In this document: positions 51,398-61,676 of the stretch, in pieces
Layout: each line of letters starts with the position of its first letter
Numbering within the stretch: the first letter of the stretch is position 1
DNA from: Clostridia bacterium
GTDB lineage: Bacteria; Bacillota; Clostridia; CAKSNL01; HGM11501
NCBI GenBank assembly: GCA_045545475.1
Contig: JAZQAZ010000029.1
Span: 1 to 64,000, forward strand
Length of the DNA: 64,000 bases
Direction: 5' to 3'
Position numbers and translations under genes: made by a program
The notes under the pieces: model-generated
Seen by the model: the letters and a program-made list of their open reading frames with translations, nothing else
Told to the model about the DNA's origin: nothing
The model's database searches: none

Positions 51398-52156
51398 ATG
51401 TCCGAAAAAAGAATCGATACAATCTTAAGGATAATAAAGGAGCAAGGCTATGTGACGGTTAAATACTTGTGCGACGAGCTTCATTACAGCACCGCCACCA
51501 TAAACCGTGACCTTAACGATTTGCAGAAGAAAAAGCTTATCACCCGCCACTACGGAGGGGCAGAGCTGGTTAAGTCCAAGGGTACGCCCCTTGTTTTCCG
51601 CTATCACAAGATGCGCCCGGTAAAGAGGCTTCTTGCTAAAAAGGCAGCGGAGCTTGTAGATGAAGGAATGACCGTTTTTATTGACGGCTCCACCACGGCA
51701 CAGTATATCGGGCAATACATAAAGGATATAAAAAATCTTAAGGTAATAACAAACAACTTAAATTTAATTTCCTATTTAAGCGAATGTGGTATTAAGTGCA
51801 TCTGCCTCGGGGGAGATATAATTGAAAGCCCCTATAATACCGGCGGAATTGATGCCGCTTTTCAGGCAAAAAGCTACCGTGCCGACCTTGCTTTTCTTTC
51901 GACCGGCGGAATTTCAGCCGACGGAAAGATTTTTGACGGAGTTTATCTTGACCTTCACAGGGTTATGATAGAAAATTCCGAAAAAGCCGTATTCCTTATT
52001 GACCACAAAAAGCTTGATGTGGCAGGCGAAAGATTTCTTTCAGATCTTTCTAGTATCGACATACTTATTACCGACCATAAATTCGGCGATGATGTAAAGG
52101 AAAAATACAAAAACACAATCTTTATGGAAATTGAAACCCCGAAAACACAAAAATAA
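51398..52156 (+). CDS. DeoR family regulator
   Basis: STATINRDLNDL, VFIDGSTT, VITNN. Confidence 0.92.
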   Translation: MSEKRIDTILRIIKEQGYVTVKYLCDELHYSTATINRDLNDLQKKKLITRHYGGAELVKSKGTPLVFRYHKMRPVKRLLAKKAAELVDEGMTVFIDGSTTAQYIGQYIKDIKNLKVITNNLNLISYLSECGIKCICLGGDIIESPYNTGGIDAAFQAKSYRADLAFLSTGGISADGKIFDGVYLDLHRVMIENSEKAVFLIDHKKLDVAGERFLSDLSSIDILITDHKFGDDVKEKYKNTIFMEIETPKTQK

Positions 52157-52217
52157 GAAAAGCGAAGAATTTTTCTTCGCTTTTCTTATTTTTATATACT
52201 AGCTTCAAACAGCACCG

Positions 52218-53225
52218 TTACTCCTGTATCGCAGTAACTATACCATTAGATACGTAAACATATGCTCTGTCGCCATACCTATCATATACCCATTGTTCTC
52301 TAACTCCATGTACTGTTGTGGTCTTATTTATTTTTTTTGGTGTTCCCCAAAAAGATCTCTCCAATTCTTCCCTCGACATACCTATATATGGAACTTTAGA
52401 TAGCTCCGGAAAATCTGTATTATTACTAATCTTTGTATATATCTTTCCTTCTGAAGCTTCTTGCACATTTTCTTCTACTTCTGTTATTTTCAATTGTTCA
52501 TTTTCTAAAAAATCGACTTTATACTCAACAGACAAAGAAGGTGAACGCAATACTATATTTCCATCATCTACAGACAAAGAACTTAGATTTTTAATATATA
52601 CAATTTTTTTTGAATTGTCATAATAAAAAATTTTAGCTACATTGTAATCATTGAATATAAAATCATGTTCTTTACTATTAATACATGCCCATGTACCATT
52701 CAATGATTCAATTACAGATATAGGGATATCTTTTCTGTAAGCATCTATTCTTAACGAATATAAAATATCATTATATTTATTATCTATATCTAACCCATAA
52801 TCTTCATAAAAAACTTTTATTGCCTCAATCCTTAATTTGTAGTACTCGTTCCAAGCATCATCAAATGTCTCAACGCTATAATCCCCATTCCTGGTCACAT
52901 CATATTGCCCTTTTAATGCATTCAAATACTTATCTACAATAGTCTGAAAATCGGAATTAACAAATTTATAGTTATAATATTTCTCAAGATATTTATACTC
53001 AATATCTACAAGCTGTGTGTAAAAAGAAATGCTCTCCTCTAACGTTTCATCCTCGCTCTGTTTAGCATCATTAGCATCCCATCTATTTTCCAGTGCCATT
53101 TTCAAATCTGATAAAAAATCCTCTTGACTAAACTGCAAAGACATAGGTTCAATATTTTCTCCACTACAGCTACTAAGAAGAAATATTAAACACAAACAAA
53201 TAATTACATATAAAACTCGCTTCAT
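52218..53225 (-). CDS. AT-rich lipoprotein of unknown function
   Basis: Lipobox LSSC; C-terminal IGMSREE..WGTPKKIN..EQWVY domain. Confidence 0.7.
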   Translation of the reverse strand: MKRVLYVIICLCLIFLLSSCSGENIEPMSLQFSQEDFLSDLKMALENRWDANDAKQSEDETLEESISFYTQLVDIEYKYLEKYYNYKFVNSDFQTIVDKYLNALKGQYDVTRNGDYSVETFDDAWNEYYKLRIEAIKVFYEDYGLDIDNKYNDILYSLRIDAYRKDIPISVIESLNGTWACINSKEHDFIFNDYNVAKIFYYDNSKKIVYIKNLSSLSVDDGNIVLRSPSLSVEYKVDFLENEQLKITEVEENVQEASEGKIYTKISNNTDFPELSKVPYIGMSREELERSFWGTPKKINKTTTVHGVREQWVYDRYGDRAYVYVSNGIVTAIQE

Positions 53226-53242
53226 TATAAATTTTTCTCCTT

Positions 53243-54628
53243 CTATATGCCGTATTTTTCTGCCGCTTCCTCTGTAAGTTCGCCCTTTCCGCACTCTAAA
53301 AGCCAGGTTCCGACCGCTTTTCTTATGTCGGTTTTTTCATATCTTCCGCTTGCTTCAAGGCCTGTTTCCTTTTTGAAAAGTTCAAAGTCGGAAGGTGCAT
53401 AGCTTTTATCCCCAAAGCGGTTTAAAAGATTTTCAGACTCTGTGTAATACACGTTTTCGTCGATTAAAAGCTGGCTTTCCGGCTCCTTTAAAATAAATGA
53501 GAAAATTGCCGCACCGACCTTGGCATTATGGAAAATGTTACGCTTTATTTCAAGCCCTGCGTCCCTATCCTCCGTCTTTTTAGCCATACGCCACAAAAAT
53601 ACGTGATGCCCCATAGGGAAGGGCCATATTTCAGACATTCTCGGTGCTTCCTCACCCTGAGGCGAAAAGCCGCCACCTGCATTTATGCAGATGTTGTCGT
53701 TGAATTTTGCGCGGATGGGAATGAAATCCCTTACCTCATACGCCGCCATTCCGTAATTCATAAAAAGGTTGTGGCAATAAGTGACATCCGTTGCGGGAGT
53801 TGTGCCCGCAAAACCCTGATGGGTTATGCAGGAGTCATAAACGTTGTTGAAAAGACAGTCTTTTACCGTAATTTTTCCCATATGCTGCCAGGCTTCAACG
53901 CCGTTACCCAGCCTTATTCTCTGAGCACGGCTGAAAACCGCACCGCCGAGGAAGTGAAATTCGCATCTTTCCACCGTAAGCTCGTGATCGCCCTTTATGC
54001 CGTGAACACCGCTGTTTATAAAGGTTATGTCGCAGATTTTTGCGTAGTTTGCCCAGCAAAGAGCAAACTTTCCGTAAATGGCACACTCGATATGGGAATA
54101 GACCTTGCCGGGATTGCCCACGGAATAGAGATACAAGGGGCGTTTATAGCCCTCTGGTACTTCCTTTTCCTCCCACTCATACTGAGAAAGCCTTTTCTGC
54201 TTTCTTAAATTCCCCTTGCCAAGGTCATCATCATACCATTCGCCCTGATTTTTAAGGTCAGAAAGATTCCAGCGGAGGTTTCCGCAAAATTCTCCGTAAT
54301 TGAAAATCAAGTTGCAGGGCTCGTCGGTCTCCTCCCCCACATAGTGCCAGATATTTTCCTTTTCTTCCACCCATAAATCGGGGGAAGAATAGTCCATTGA
54401 TCCGCAGAATACGGGGTTTTCTCCTTCGCCGTAGGCACCGTAGGTTATTACATTTCCCTTTTCTCCCCATACGGCATCCAGGTTTCCTCTGTAAAACGTA
54501 CCCCTCTTAAAAAGCACCGTATCCCCGGGCTTTACGCCAAGGGAAAAAATATCTTTGGCAGGAGTTTTTTCACTCAAGCCGTCGTTTTCGGCTTTGCCTT
54601 CTTTTAAATCAATATAATAAGTTGCCAT
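53243..54628 (-). CDS. right-handed beta-helix (pectin-lyase-like) protein
   Basis: NDGLSEKTP, PGDTVLFKRG, GAYGEGENP, RLGNGVEAW, YDSCITHQG. Confidence 0.7.
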   Translation of the reverse strand: MATYYIDLKEGKAENDGLSEKTPAKDIFSLGVKPGDTVLFKRGTFYRGNLDAVWGEKGNVITYGAYGEGENPVFCGSMDYSSPDLWVEEKENIWHYVGEETDEPCNLIFNYGEFCGNLRWNLSDLKNQGEWYDDDLGKGNLRKQKRLSQYEWEEKEVPEGYKRPLYLYSVGNPGKVYSHIECAIYGKFALCWANYAKICDITFINSGVHGIKGDHELTVERCEFHFLGGAVFSRAQRIRLGNGVEAWQHMGKITVKDCLFNNVYDSCITHQGFAGTTPATDVTYCHNLFMNYGMAAYEVRDFIPIRAKFNDNICINAGGGFSPQGEEAPRMSEIWPFPMGHHVFLWRMAKKTEDRDAGLEIKRNIFHNAKVGAAIFSFILKEPESQLLIDENVYYTESENLLNRFGDKSYAPSDFELFKKETGLEASGRYEKTDIRKAVGTWLLECGKGELTEEAAEKYGI

Positions 54629-54639
54629 AGAAACACTCC

Positions 54640-55941
54640 TTATATTTTTCCATCTGCCGCCACACCTGCATACATTGCCACACCGATTGCGGCTTCTTCA
54701 TCGTTTTCCGTAAGGCTTAAGGGCAGGCTGAAAACATCTTTTATTACCTTTTTAAGCACTTCGTTTTTCTTAACCGCATTTCCCGATGCGGTAAGTTTTT
54801 CAGCGTTTATACCCATCAGGTCAAAATAGCCTTTAAGCTCATTTACCATTCCGTAAAGTGTTCCCAAAACGAGATTTCCCGGGGTAAAGTTAAAGTCGCT
54901 TATATCCGCTATGCTTCCCCTTAATTCGGGATTTTCCCTTGTTCCGCAAAATAGGGGTAAAACTTTAAGTGCTTCCCCTTTTTCATAGGCTTTTTGGGCA
55001 AGGGCGTTCATAGTTTCATACTGTTTTTCATTTATACCTATCGCCTTTGCATATTCCGAAAAGAAATTTTCAAGGATGGCATATGCCTTTCCACCACAAA
55101 GTGCAGAGCCGCAAAGAAGATATTTTCCGAACAAGTAGGGGCGGACTTCAAGCCCCTTTTCCGCATTTTTAAAATCCTCCGTCACCACGGAAATCTGACT
55201 TCCCGTTCCGAAGTTGATAAGCGCGCCTTCGTTATCTTCTGCACTTCCGAAAAAGCTTGCCTGATTGTCTCCTATAGCAACGCTTACGGGGATGCCATTA
55301 AAGTATCCCGCCACAGTATCTTCCGAAATTTCGGGAAGTGCAAGATGAGAAAGCTCAAGCGCATTTACCGCCTTTTTTAAAAAGCAGTTTTCCTTAACAT
55401 CAAAAAGCCCGAAGGATGCGGCAAAGGACGGGTGGATTAGAGGTGTTTTCCTTCCCGTTAGTGCCATTACCAAAGCATCCGCAATTGAGCAGAAGGTGTA
55501 TGCACCATCATCCTCAATGCCGCTTATTTTATTGTAGAAAAGAGTTGCAAAGCCATAGCCTGAGTTTACGCTTTCGCCCGTTCTTTCCTTTATTTCGTCG
55601 CAGTAGGTTTTGCTTTCAAAAAAAGCTCTGTTCCCTCTTTTATCCTGCCAGCTGTAAAGGGGTGATGCCATTTCTCCCGACCTTGACAGATACACCACTC
55701 CGTGCATCTGCCCGGTTATGCCGATTGCTTTGATATCGGGGATTTTTTCCGTTAGCTCATTTGCCAAAGAAAGGGATATTTCAATTATCTTTTTTGCATC
55801 AAATTCAGCAAGGTCATCGTCCGTTTCAAATTTTGAACTGTTTGAAACTGTCCTTGTACAAATGACTTTTCTCAAAGCGGAGTCATAAACCACCGCACTT
55901 ATATTTGTGCTTCCTATATCTATACCTAAAAGAGCCGACAT
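54640..55941 (-). CDS. FGGY carbohydrate kinase (sedoheptulokinase-like)
   Basis: GIDIGST, TGQMHG, SWQDKRG, GDNQASF, NFGTGSQ. Confidence 0.85.
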   Translation of the reverse strand: MSALLGIDIGSTNISAVVYDSALRKVICTRTVSNSSKFETDDDLAEFDAKKIIEISLSLANELTEKIPDIKAIGITGQMHGVVYLSRSGEMASPLYSWQDKRGNRAFFESKTYCDEIKERTGESVNSGYGFATLFYNKISGIEDDGAYTFCSIADALVMALTGRKTPLIHPSFAASFGLFDVKENCFLKKAVNALELSHLALPEISEDTVAGYFNGIPVSVAIGDNQASFFGSAEDNEGALINFGTGSQISVVTEDFKNAEKGLEVRPYLFGKYLLCGSALCGGKAYAILENFFSEYAKAIGINEKQYETMNALAQKAYEKGEALKVLPLFCGTRENPELRGSIADISDFNFTPGNLVLGTLYGMVNELKGYFDLMGINAEKLTASGNAVKKNEVLKKVIKDVFSLPLSLTENDEEAAIGVAMYAGVAADGKI

Positions 55942-56065
55942 TATAGCGCCCCCTTTTTGCTTTATAACAAAAAAAGAATACCATATCTTAAGGCTTTTGT
56001 CAATAAAACTGGGTACGAAAAAGCAAAAAAGACAAGGCAAAGCCTTGTCTTTTATCTTCTGTTTA

Positions 56066-57148
56066 TTACATCAATTTATCAACTCCGAGTGCCTCGCAGA
56101 TATTGTTGATTTCTTCAAGAGTTTTTTCATTTACGTCTATTCCGTCTCTTAGTTTTTCTTTAAGCCTTAACATTTCTTTTTCGCCGTGAGTGTATATCGG
56201 CACATTTTCATCTGCCCGCTTGGATGAGCGCAGCTCTTCTAAAAATATGCTTAAATTTTTCTTTTGCTCCTCTGCATTTCCGAAAATTTCAGGGCTTATC
56301 ACTATAAAGCTGTGGCAAGTTCCTTCTCCGCAGTTTTCCTTTCGTACAAAACGATTTGATGTTGCACCGCCAGACACAATGGCACATAAAAGCTCGCACA
56401 TCATCCCGAAGCCATAGCCTTTATGAGAGCCTGTTTCCTCCCTATTTCCTCCCACAGGTAAAATTCCGCCTGTACCAACCTTATCATTGATGCAGTGCAG
56501 TACATGGGCGGCATCTTCAGACACCTTTCCGTCTTCACCCGTCGCCCATCCGTAAATGAGAGGCTTATCTTCCTTGTTGTAAACTTCTAATTTGCCTCTG
56601 GGAATAACCGTTGTTGCGGCATCAAACCAAAAAGGATAAGGTTCTGCCGGCATAGCAAAAGCAATCGGATTTGAACCAAGTATCGCTTGTTTGGAGTTTG
56701 TATGCACCGCTATCGATTCGGTATTTGTCATACATATGCCTATCATCCCCGCTTCAACGGCTTTTTTCGTATAATATCCTGCAATACCATAATGATTTGA
56801 GTTTCGGACAGAAACAAAAGCCATACCATTTTGTTTCGCTTTTTCTATTGCAAGATTATTGGCGTAGCTTGCTACAAGCTGTCCCATAGCACTATGTCCG
56901 TCAATAACGGCTGACACGGACGTTTCAAAAACTATTTCTGCCGCTGCATCCACGCGTATTGAGTTTCTTTTTACAGCATTGTAATATCTTATAAGCCTCT
57001 GCACGCCGTGAGACTCTATGCCGTATAAATCAGCCAGCAACAATACCTCGGTTATCAGTTTCGCGTCCTTTTGAGGAAAGCCTAATTTTTCAAATATATT
57101 TGTTACGGTTTTATTTACTTCGTTTACATCATATTTTGTATAGCTCAT
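56066..57148 (-). CDS. Ldh_2 family 2-oxoacid/imine reductase
   Basis: GIESHG, NSNHYGIAGYY, GSNPIA, HKGYG. Confidence 0.9.
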   Translation of the reverse strand: MSYTKYDVNEVNKTVTNIFEKLGFPQKDAKLITEVLLLADLYGIESHGVQRLIRYYNAVKRNSIRVDAAAEIVFETSVSAVIDGHSAMGQLVASYANNLAIEKAKQNGMAFVSVRNSNHYGIAGYYTKKAVEAGMIGICMTNTESIAVHTNSKQAILGSNPIAFAMPAEPYPFWFDAATTVIPRGKLEVYNKEDKPLIYGWATGEDGKVSEDAAHVLHCINDKVGTGGILPVGGNREETGSHKGYGFGMMCELLCAIVSGGATSNRFVRKENCGEGTCHSFIVISPEIFGNAEEQKKNLSIFLEELRSSKRADENVPIYTHGEKEMLRLKEKLRDGIDVNEKTLEEINNICEALGVDKLM

Positions 57149-57172
57149 ATTTTCACTCCTTTTAAGGATGCA

Positions 57173-58336
57173 TTATTTCTTTCCGAAAGCTTTTTCCATT
57201 CTTACTAAAGCTTCTTTTATATCTTCATATTTAGATGCATAGCAGATTCTTATATAGCCTTCGCCGTCGGGTCCGAAGGCATCGCCCGGGCTTGTCACAA
57301 CGTGAGTTTTTCGGAGGATGTATTCTGCCGTTTCGCGGCTTTTCATACCAAAGCCCGTGATATTCGGAAATACATAAAACGCGCCCTTTGGATAAAGGCA
57401 TGAAAAGCCCTTGATTTTGTTTAGCCCCTCAACTATCAGATGGCGGTTTCTGTCGTAGTGCTTAAGCATTTCACATACGTCCTTTTCGCCGTTATATATA
57501 GCTTCGACCGCCGCAAGCTGCATAGGCTCGGGCACGCTTGCAACCATATTTTCCTGAAGCTTTATAAGGTTTTCCGTTATCCTTTCATTTGCACATATAT
57601 AGCCCACACGAAAGCCCGTCATCGCAAAGGTTTTTGAAAAGCTGTTGATTGTCAGGACATAGTCCTCTATTCCGGGGATTGCGGCAAGACTTTTTTGCGT
57701 AAAGCCGTCGTAAACTAATCTTTCATAAGGCTCGTCTGAAATTATAAATATCTTATGCTTTTTAATAAGCTCTGCGATTTTTAATAAATCCTCCCACTCA
57801 AGGACACCGCCCGTGGGATTTGAGGGTGAATTTATAATAATAAGCTTGGTTTTATCCGTGATAAGAGGCTCGATTAAGTCCGCCGTCATCTTAAAGTCGT
57901 TTTTTTCGTCCACCTTTGCGTAAACGGTTTTTGCATTTACCATATCAATCTGACCTTTATAATCGGGCCAGTTGGGTCCCTGAATGATAACCTCGTCCCC
58001 GGGGTTTACCAGCGTAACTATAGCAAGCATAAGTGCCTGGGTTGCCCCCGCGGTTACAATTATATTTTTGTCGGGATCGCACTTTATGCCATTTTCCTTA
58101 TAAAGCTTATAGGCTATGGCGTCACGGAGCTCCTTTATCCCTGAATTGGGCGTATATTTTGTTTTTCCCTCTAAAAGGCCTTTTATCCCCGCGTCAATTA
58201 TATGCTTCGGGGTTATGAAGCCGGGCTCCCCCAAGGTGAGATTTATTGAATCGTCATACTTTTTTGCAAGCTCAAACATCCGCCTTACTCCCGAAGGAAG
58301 GGCGTTTTGCGCCGCTGTGCTGAGTAGTTTTTCCAT
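57173..58336 (-). CDS. class I/II PLP aminotransferase
   Basis: NSPSNPTG, SDEPY, NSFSKTFAMTGFRVG. Confidence 0.93.
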   Translation of the reverse strand: MEKLLSTAAQNALPSGVRRMFELAKKYDDSINLTLGEPGFITPKHIIDAGIKGLLEGKTKYTPNSGIKELRDAIAYKLYKENGIKCDPDKNIIVTAGATQALMLAIVTLVNPGDEVIIQGPNWPDYKGQIDMVNAKTVYAKVDEKNDFKMTADLIEPLITDKTKLIIINSPSNPTGGVLEWEDLLKIAELIKKHKIFIISDEPYERLVYDGFTQKSLAAIPGIEDYVLTINSFSKTFAMTGFRVGYICANERITENLIKLQENMVASVPEPMQLAAVEAIYNGEKDVCEMLKHYDRNRHLIVEGLNKIKGFSCLYPKGAFYVFPNITGFGMKSRETAEYILRKTHVVTSPGDAFGPDGEGYIRICYASKYEDIKEALVRMEKAFGKK

Positions 58337-58352
58337 ATTGCCGCACCTCTAT

Positions 58353-58808
58353 TTAATCTTTCATATCGGGCAGAACCGTGGGCGAAAACTTATGCTCCAT
58401 AAGCGAAATCATAGTATGGCTCTTAAGAACCCCCCTGTTTCCTTTGATTCGCAAAATTTTATCCTCAAGAGAATCTATATCCTTTGCACATATTTTAAGC
58501 ACATAGTCATAGTCCCCCGTGACGGAGTAGCATTCAAGCACGTCGGGCTCATTTTTCGCATATTCCAAAAGAGCTTTTATATTTTCGCCGTACTGCATCT
58601 GGATAAAAACAAAGGCATGAACGGTTTTGTTTAATTCCTTCGGGCTTGTGACTATGGTAAAACGCTCTATTATCCCATCTGTCTGCATACGGAGAATTCT
58701 TTTATTTACGGCAGGGACGGAAAGGTTTACCATAGTGCTTATTTCCGTCGCTGTGGTGTTGGCATTTTCAGAGAGAATTTTAAGTATTTTTTTATCTGTT
58801 ATATCCAT
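58353..58808 (-). CDS. Lrp/AsnC regulator
   Basis: MDITDKKIL..L HTH, ECYSVTGDYDY. Confidence 0.92.
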   Translation of the reverse strand: MDITDKKILKILSENANTTATEISTMVNLSVPAVNKRILRMQTDGIIERFTIVTSPKELNKTVHAFVFIQMQYGENIKALLEYAKNEPDVLECYSVTGDYDYVLKICAKDIDSLEDKILRIKGNRGVLKSHTMISLMEHKFSPTVLPDMKD

Positions 58809-58940
58809 TTTATCAGCTCCTTATCGGATTTAAATAAATTTTAGCATATCGCGATAATTATTTCAACGAACAGCACAGAAAAAGAGCAGAACTTAACCAA
58901 ACTTGATTTTTGATTAAATTCTGCTCTTAGTTTTCTGTTT

Positions 58941-59969
58941 TTATTCTTTAGATAACATATTCTCAATAAAAATCCCATACCCCTTAGTCGGGTCGTTTAC
59001 GAAAACGTGGGTTACTGCGCCGATAAGTTTCCCGTTCTGAACCAAGGGGGAGCCCGACATCCCCTGGACGATTCCGCCGGTCAGGGAAAGAAGCTTATCA
59101 TCAGTCACCGTTACAATCATATCTCCCTTTGCTCTGCCGTAAACCTTCTTAATTTCCACCTTATATGGCTTTATGCCATCTCCGCCAAGCTCGGTATAGA
59201 TAAATGCCTCTCCGTCCTTTACATCCTTTGATACGGCCGCCTTTACCTTAACTTCATCAATCGGGAGTATTCCGCTGGAATTGGCAAAAAGTCCGCCATT
59301 TGTGTTTTCCGTTATATAACCGTAGATTTTTTCATCTTCCGTGAATTTACCCACAATTTCTCCGGGAGCTCCCGCTTCGCTTTTTTCAACAGATACAATA
59401 TCGCAATCTGTTATATATCCTTTTCTTACAGTAAAGCTTCTGCCTGTATCCGAATCAGATACAGAATGGCCAAGAGTTACTACTTTGCCACCTTTTTCAT
59501 CGTAAAAAGTAACCGTTCCTACACCTGCAATACTGTCTCTCACCCACATACCCACTCTGTTTACCCCGTATTCGTCTTTTATCGGAGTGAGCACTGTTTC
59601 AAAAAGCTCGCCGTTTCTATCCGCCGTTATGGCTATTTCTCCCGGCGATGTGATTACCGTTTCAATAAAGCTGTCTGTATTTTTTATATCTGTCCCGTTT
59701 GCACTAAGCAGTATATCACCTTTACATAGTCCTGCTTTAAGGGCAGGATTATCCCCTGATATATCTTTAAAATCCACCAGTATAAGCCCTCTTCCGTACA
59801 GCTTTATACCCACCACATTCCCGCCTAAAACATATTCACTTTTATCTATATGTCCAGATGCCGACACGCTGGCATCAAGGTTGTGGTCCACGTTCACATA
59901 GACAAGCGTCAATATAACCAAGATAACAGCAATTCTTTTCTTCAAAAAAATCACGCTCCGTTCACTCAT
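58941..59969 (-). CDS. spoIVB: SpoIVB peptidase (S55)
   Basis: PDZ, GMWVRDS.AGVGTVTF, LGH, TGGIVQGMSGSP, GAVTHVFVNDPTKGYG. Confidence 0.92.
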   Translation of the reverse strand: MSERSVIFLKKRIAVILVILTLVYVNVDHNLDASVSASGHIDKSEYVLGGNVVGIKLYGRGLILVDFKDISGDNPALKAGLCKGDILLSANGTDIKNTDSFIETVITSPGEIAITADRNGELFETVLTPIKDEYGVNRVGMWVRDSIAGVGTVTFYDEKGGKVVTLGHSVSDSDTGRSFTVRKGYITDCDIVSVEKSEAGAPGEIVGKFTEDEKIYGYITENTNGGLFANSSGILPIDEVKVKAAVSKDVKDGEAFIYTELGGDGIKPYKVEIKKVYGRAKGDMIVTVTDDKLLSLTGGIVQGMSGSPLVQNGKLIGAVTHVFVNDPTKGYGIFIENMLSKE

Positions 59970-60007
59970 TTAGTGTAACCAAAGCGTGATTTATAATTCT
60001 TTAAAAA

Positions 60008-60979
60008 TTAATAAGAAAATTCATCCAATGATTTGAATGTATAGCCTGCTTCCCTTGCCGAGTCAATAATTCTTCCAAGAGCCTCGGTGTTATCCTTTGA
60101 TACTGCATGAAGCAGAATTACACAGCCGTTGTGTAGATATGGCATTACGCTTTCAAAGGCGTAGTCCGCACCCTTCTGATTATCTGTTTCCCAGTCCTTG
60201 TAGGCAAAGCTCCAGAGCACTGTTTTATAGCCAAGGTCATTTGTCGCAGCGAGGCTTCTTTCGCTGTAAGCCCCCTCGGGTGGACGGAAGTAAGTCATAT
60301 GCTCACCGTAAAGCTCGAAAAATCTTCTGTCAAGATTTAATATTTCCTCCTGCATAGCCGCCTTTGTTCCCTTGGATGGCATGTTCGGATGATTTACCGA
60401 GTGATTACCCACGATATGTCCCTCATCAACCATACGCTGTATAAGGTCGCCGTTTTTCTCAAGATAAGGTCCCGTTATGAAAAATGCGGCAGGCACGCCC
60501 TTTTCCTTTAGTGTGTCAAGAATCTGCCCTGTAAATCCGTTTTCATAGCCCTCGTCAAAGGTTAAGTATAAAACCTTTTCAGACTGGTTTCCCGCATAGA
60601 TACAATTGTATTTTGCCATCATATCCCTCTGCCCCTTTGTAAATTCGGGGAAGGAATCCTTCTTTTTAACAAAGCCCCATCCGTTATTATCATTAGGAAG
60701 TGAATCGATTTCAGAGGTATTCCCCTCTGTTATTTCAGATTCCTCGGGAACAGCGACTTCCTCTGTAGCTTCGGGAGTTTCAGTTTCCTCAGGTGCAGCT
60801 GTTTCTTCTTTTTCTGAAACTATTTCTTCTTTAACTTCATCTGTATTTTCATCCGTTAATAGCGAATCCTCTTTAGTAATTACCTCATTCTCTCCGTTCG
60901 GCTCCGGAAGTTCATGATATACGGTGCAGCCAGAAAGAAATAATGCAACGCATAAAATGCCGAGAACTACTTTTTTCAT
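60008..60979 (-). CDS. pdaA: PdaA-like polysaccharide deacetylase lipoprotein
   Basis: YLTFDEGYENG, GNHSVNHP, FRPPEG, LLHAVSKDN. Confidence 0.85.
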   Translation of the reverse strand: MKKVVLGILCVALFLSGCTVYHELPEPNGENEVITKEDSLLTDENTDEVKEEIVSEKEETAAPEETETPEATEEVAVPEESEITEGNTSEIDSLPNDNNGWGFVKKKDSFPEFTKGQRDMMAKYNCIYAGNQSEKVLYLTFDEGYENGFTGQILDTLKEKGVPAAFFITGPYLEKNGDLIQRMVDEGHIVGNHSVNHPNMPSKGTKAAMQEEILNLDRRFFELYGEHMTYFRPPEGAYSERSLAATNDLGYKTVLWSFAYKDWETDNQKGADYAFESVMPYLHNGCVILLHAVSKDNTEALGRIIDSAREAGYTFKSLDEFSY

Positions 60980-61099
60980 AGAAAACCGTCCTTTCCATTA
61001 TTCTTACTTATATTATATACCGTAACGTCATTTTTTTCAATGACTATTTATTTACTATTGACGAAAGAAACGGTTTATGATAAAATTTTAAAAAAAGAG

Positions 61100-61477
61100 G
61101 TGAACACTACGCCAAATTTCCACCACCCTTATGCCCCGACAAAAAAGAAATTGTTAATTTATTTTTCGGGAACATTAGTTTTTCTTCTCATAATATTTCT
61201 CATGCAAAAAGCAGGCATTTCTTGTATCTACAAATATTTTTTTGGGTTAGAATGCCCCGGCTGCGGCATGACACGGGCTTTTCTATCTTTTTTAAGACTG
61301 GATTTCAAGGCTGCTTTTTCCTATCATCCAATGGTATTTTTTATGCCCCTTACTTATATATTTATTCTTTTCAACGGTAGGCTTTTCAACAACAAAAAGC
61401 TTGATAATCTCTATATAATATTTTTAATATCAGGTTTTTTAATAAATTATTTATATAAATTATTTTTTAAAGGATGA
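61100..61477 (+). CDS. DUF2752 membrane protein (start uncertain)
   Basis: C...FGLECPGCGMTRA...AFSYHP. Confidence 0.85.
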   Translation: MNTTPNFHHPYAPTKKKLLIYFSGTLVFLLIIFLMQKAGISCIYKYFFGLECPGCGMTRAFLSFLRLDFKAAFSYHPMVFFMPLTYIFILFNGRLFNNKKLDNLYIIFLISGFLINYLYKLFFKG

Positions 61478-61482
61478 ATAAT

Positions 61483-61641
61483 ATGTTCTGCCATAATTGC
61501 GGACATGAAGTAGAGCCCAAAGCAATCGTTTGCATACATTTAGGCCATGCCCTTACAAACACCACACTAAATATTGACGGCATTATGCTTCTTACAGGCT
61601 TCATCAACGCCGACGCTAATGGCCTTCCTTTGAAAGACTAA
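61483..61641 (+). pseudogene. internally deleted zinc-ribbon/TM2 protein remnant
   Basis: MFCHNCGHEVEPKAIVCIHLG...IDGIMLLTGFINADANGLPLKD: N- and C-termini of a TM2 protein without the TM2 core. Confidence 0.6.
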
Positions 61642-61676
61642 AAAAATAAAGCGGAGAATTTTCTCCGCTTTATTTT

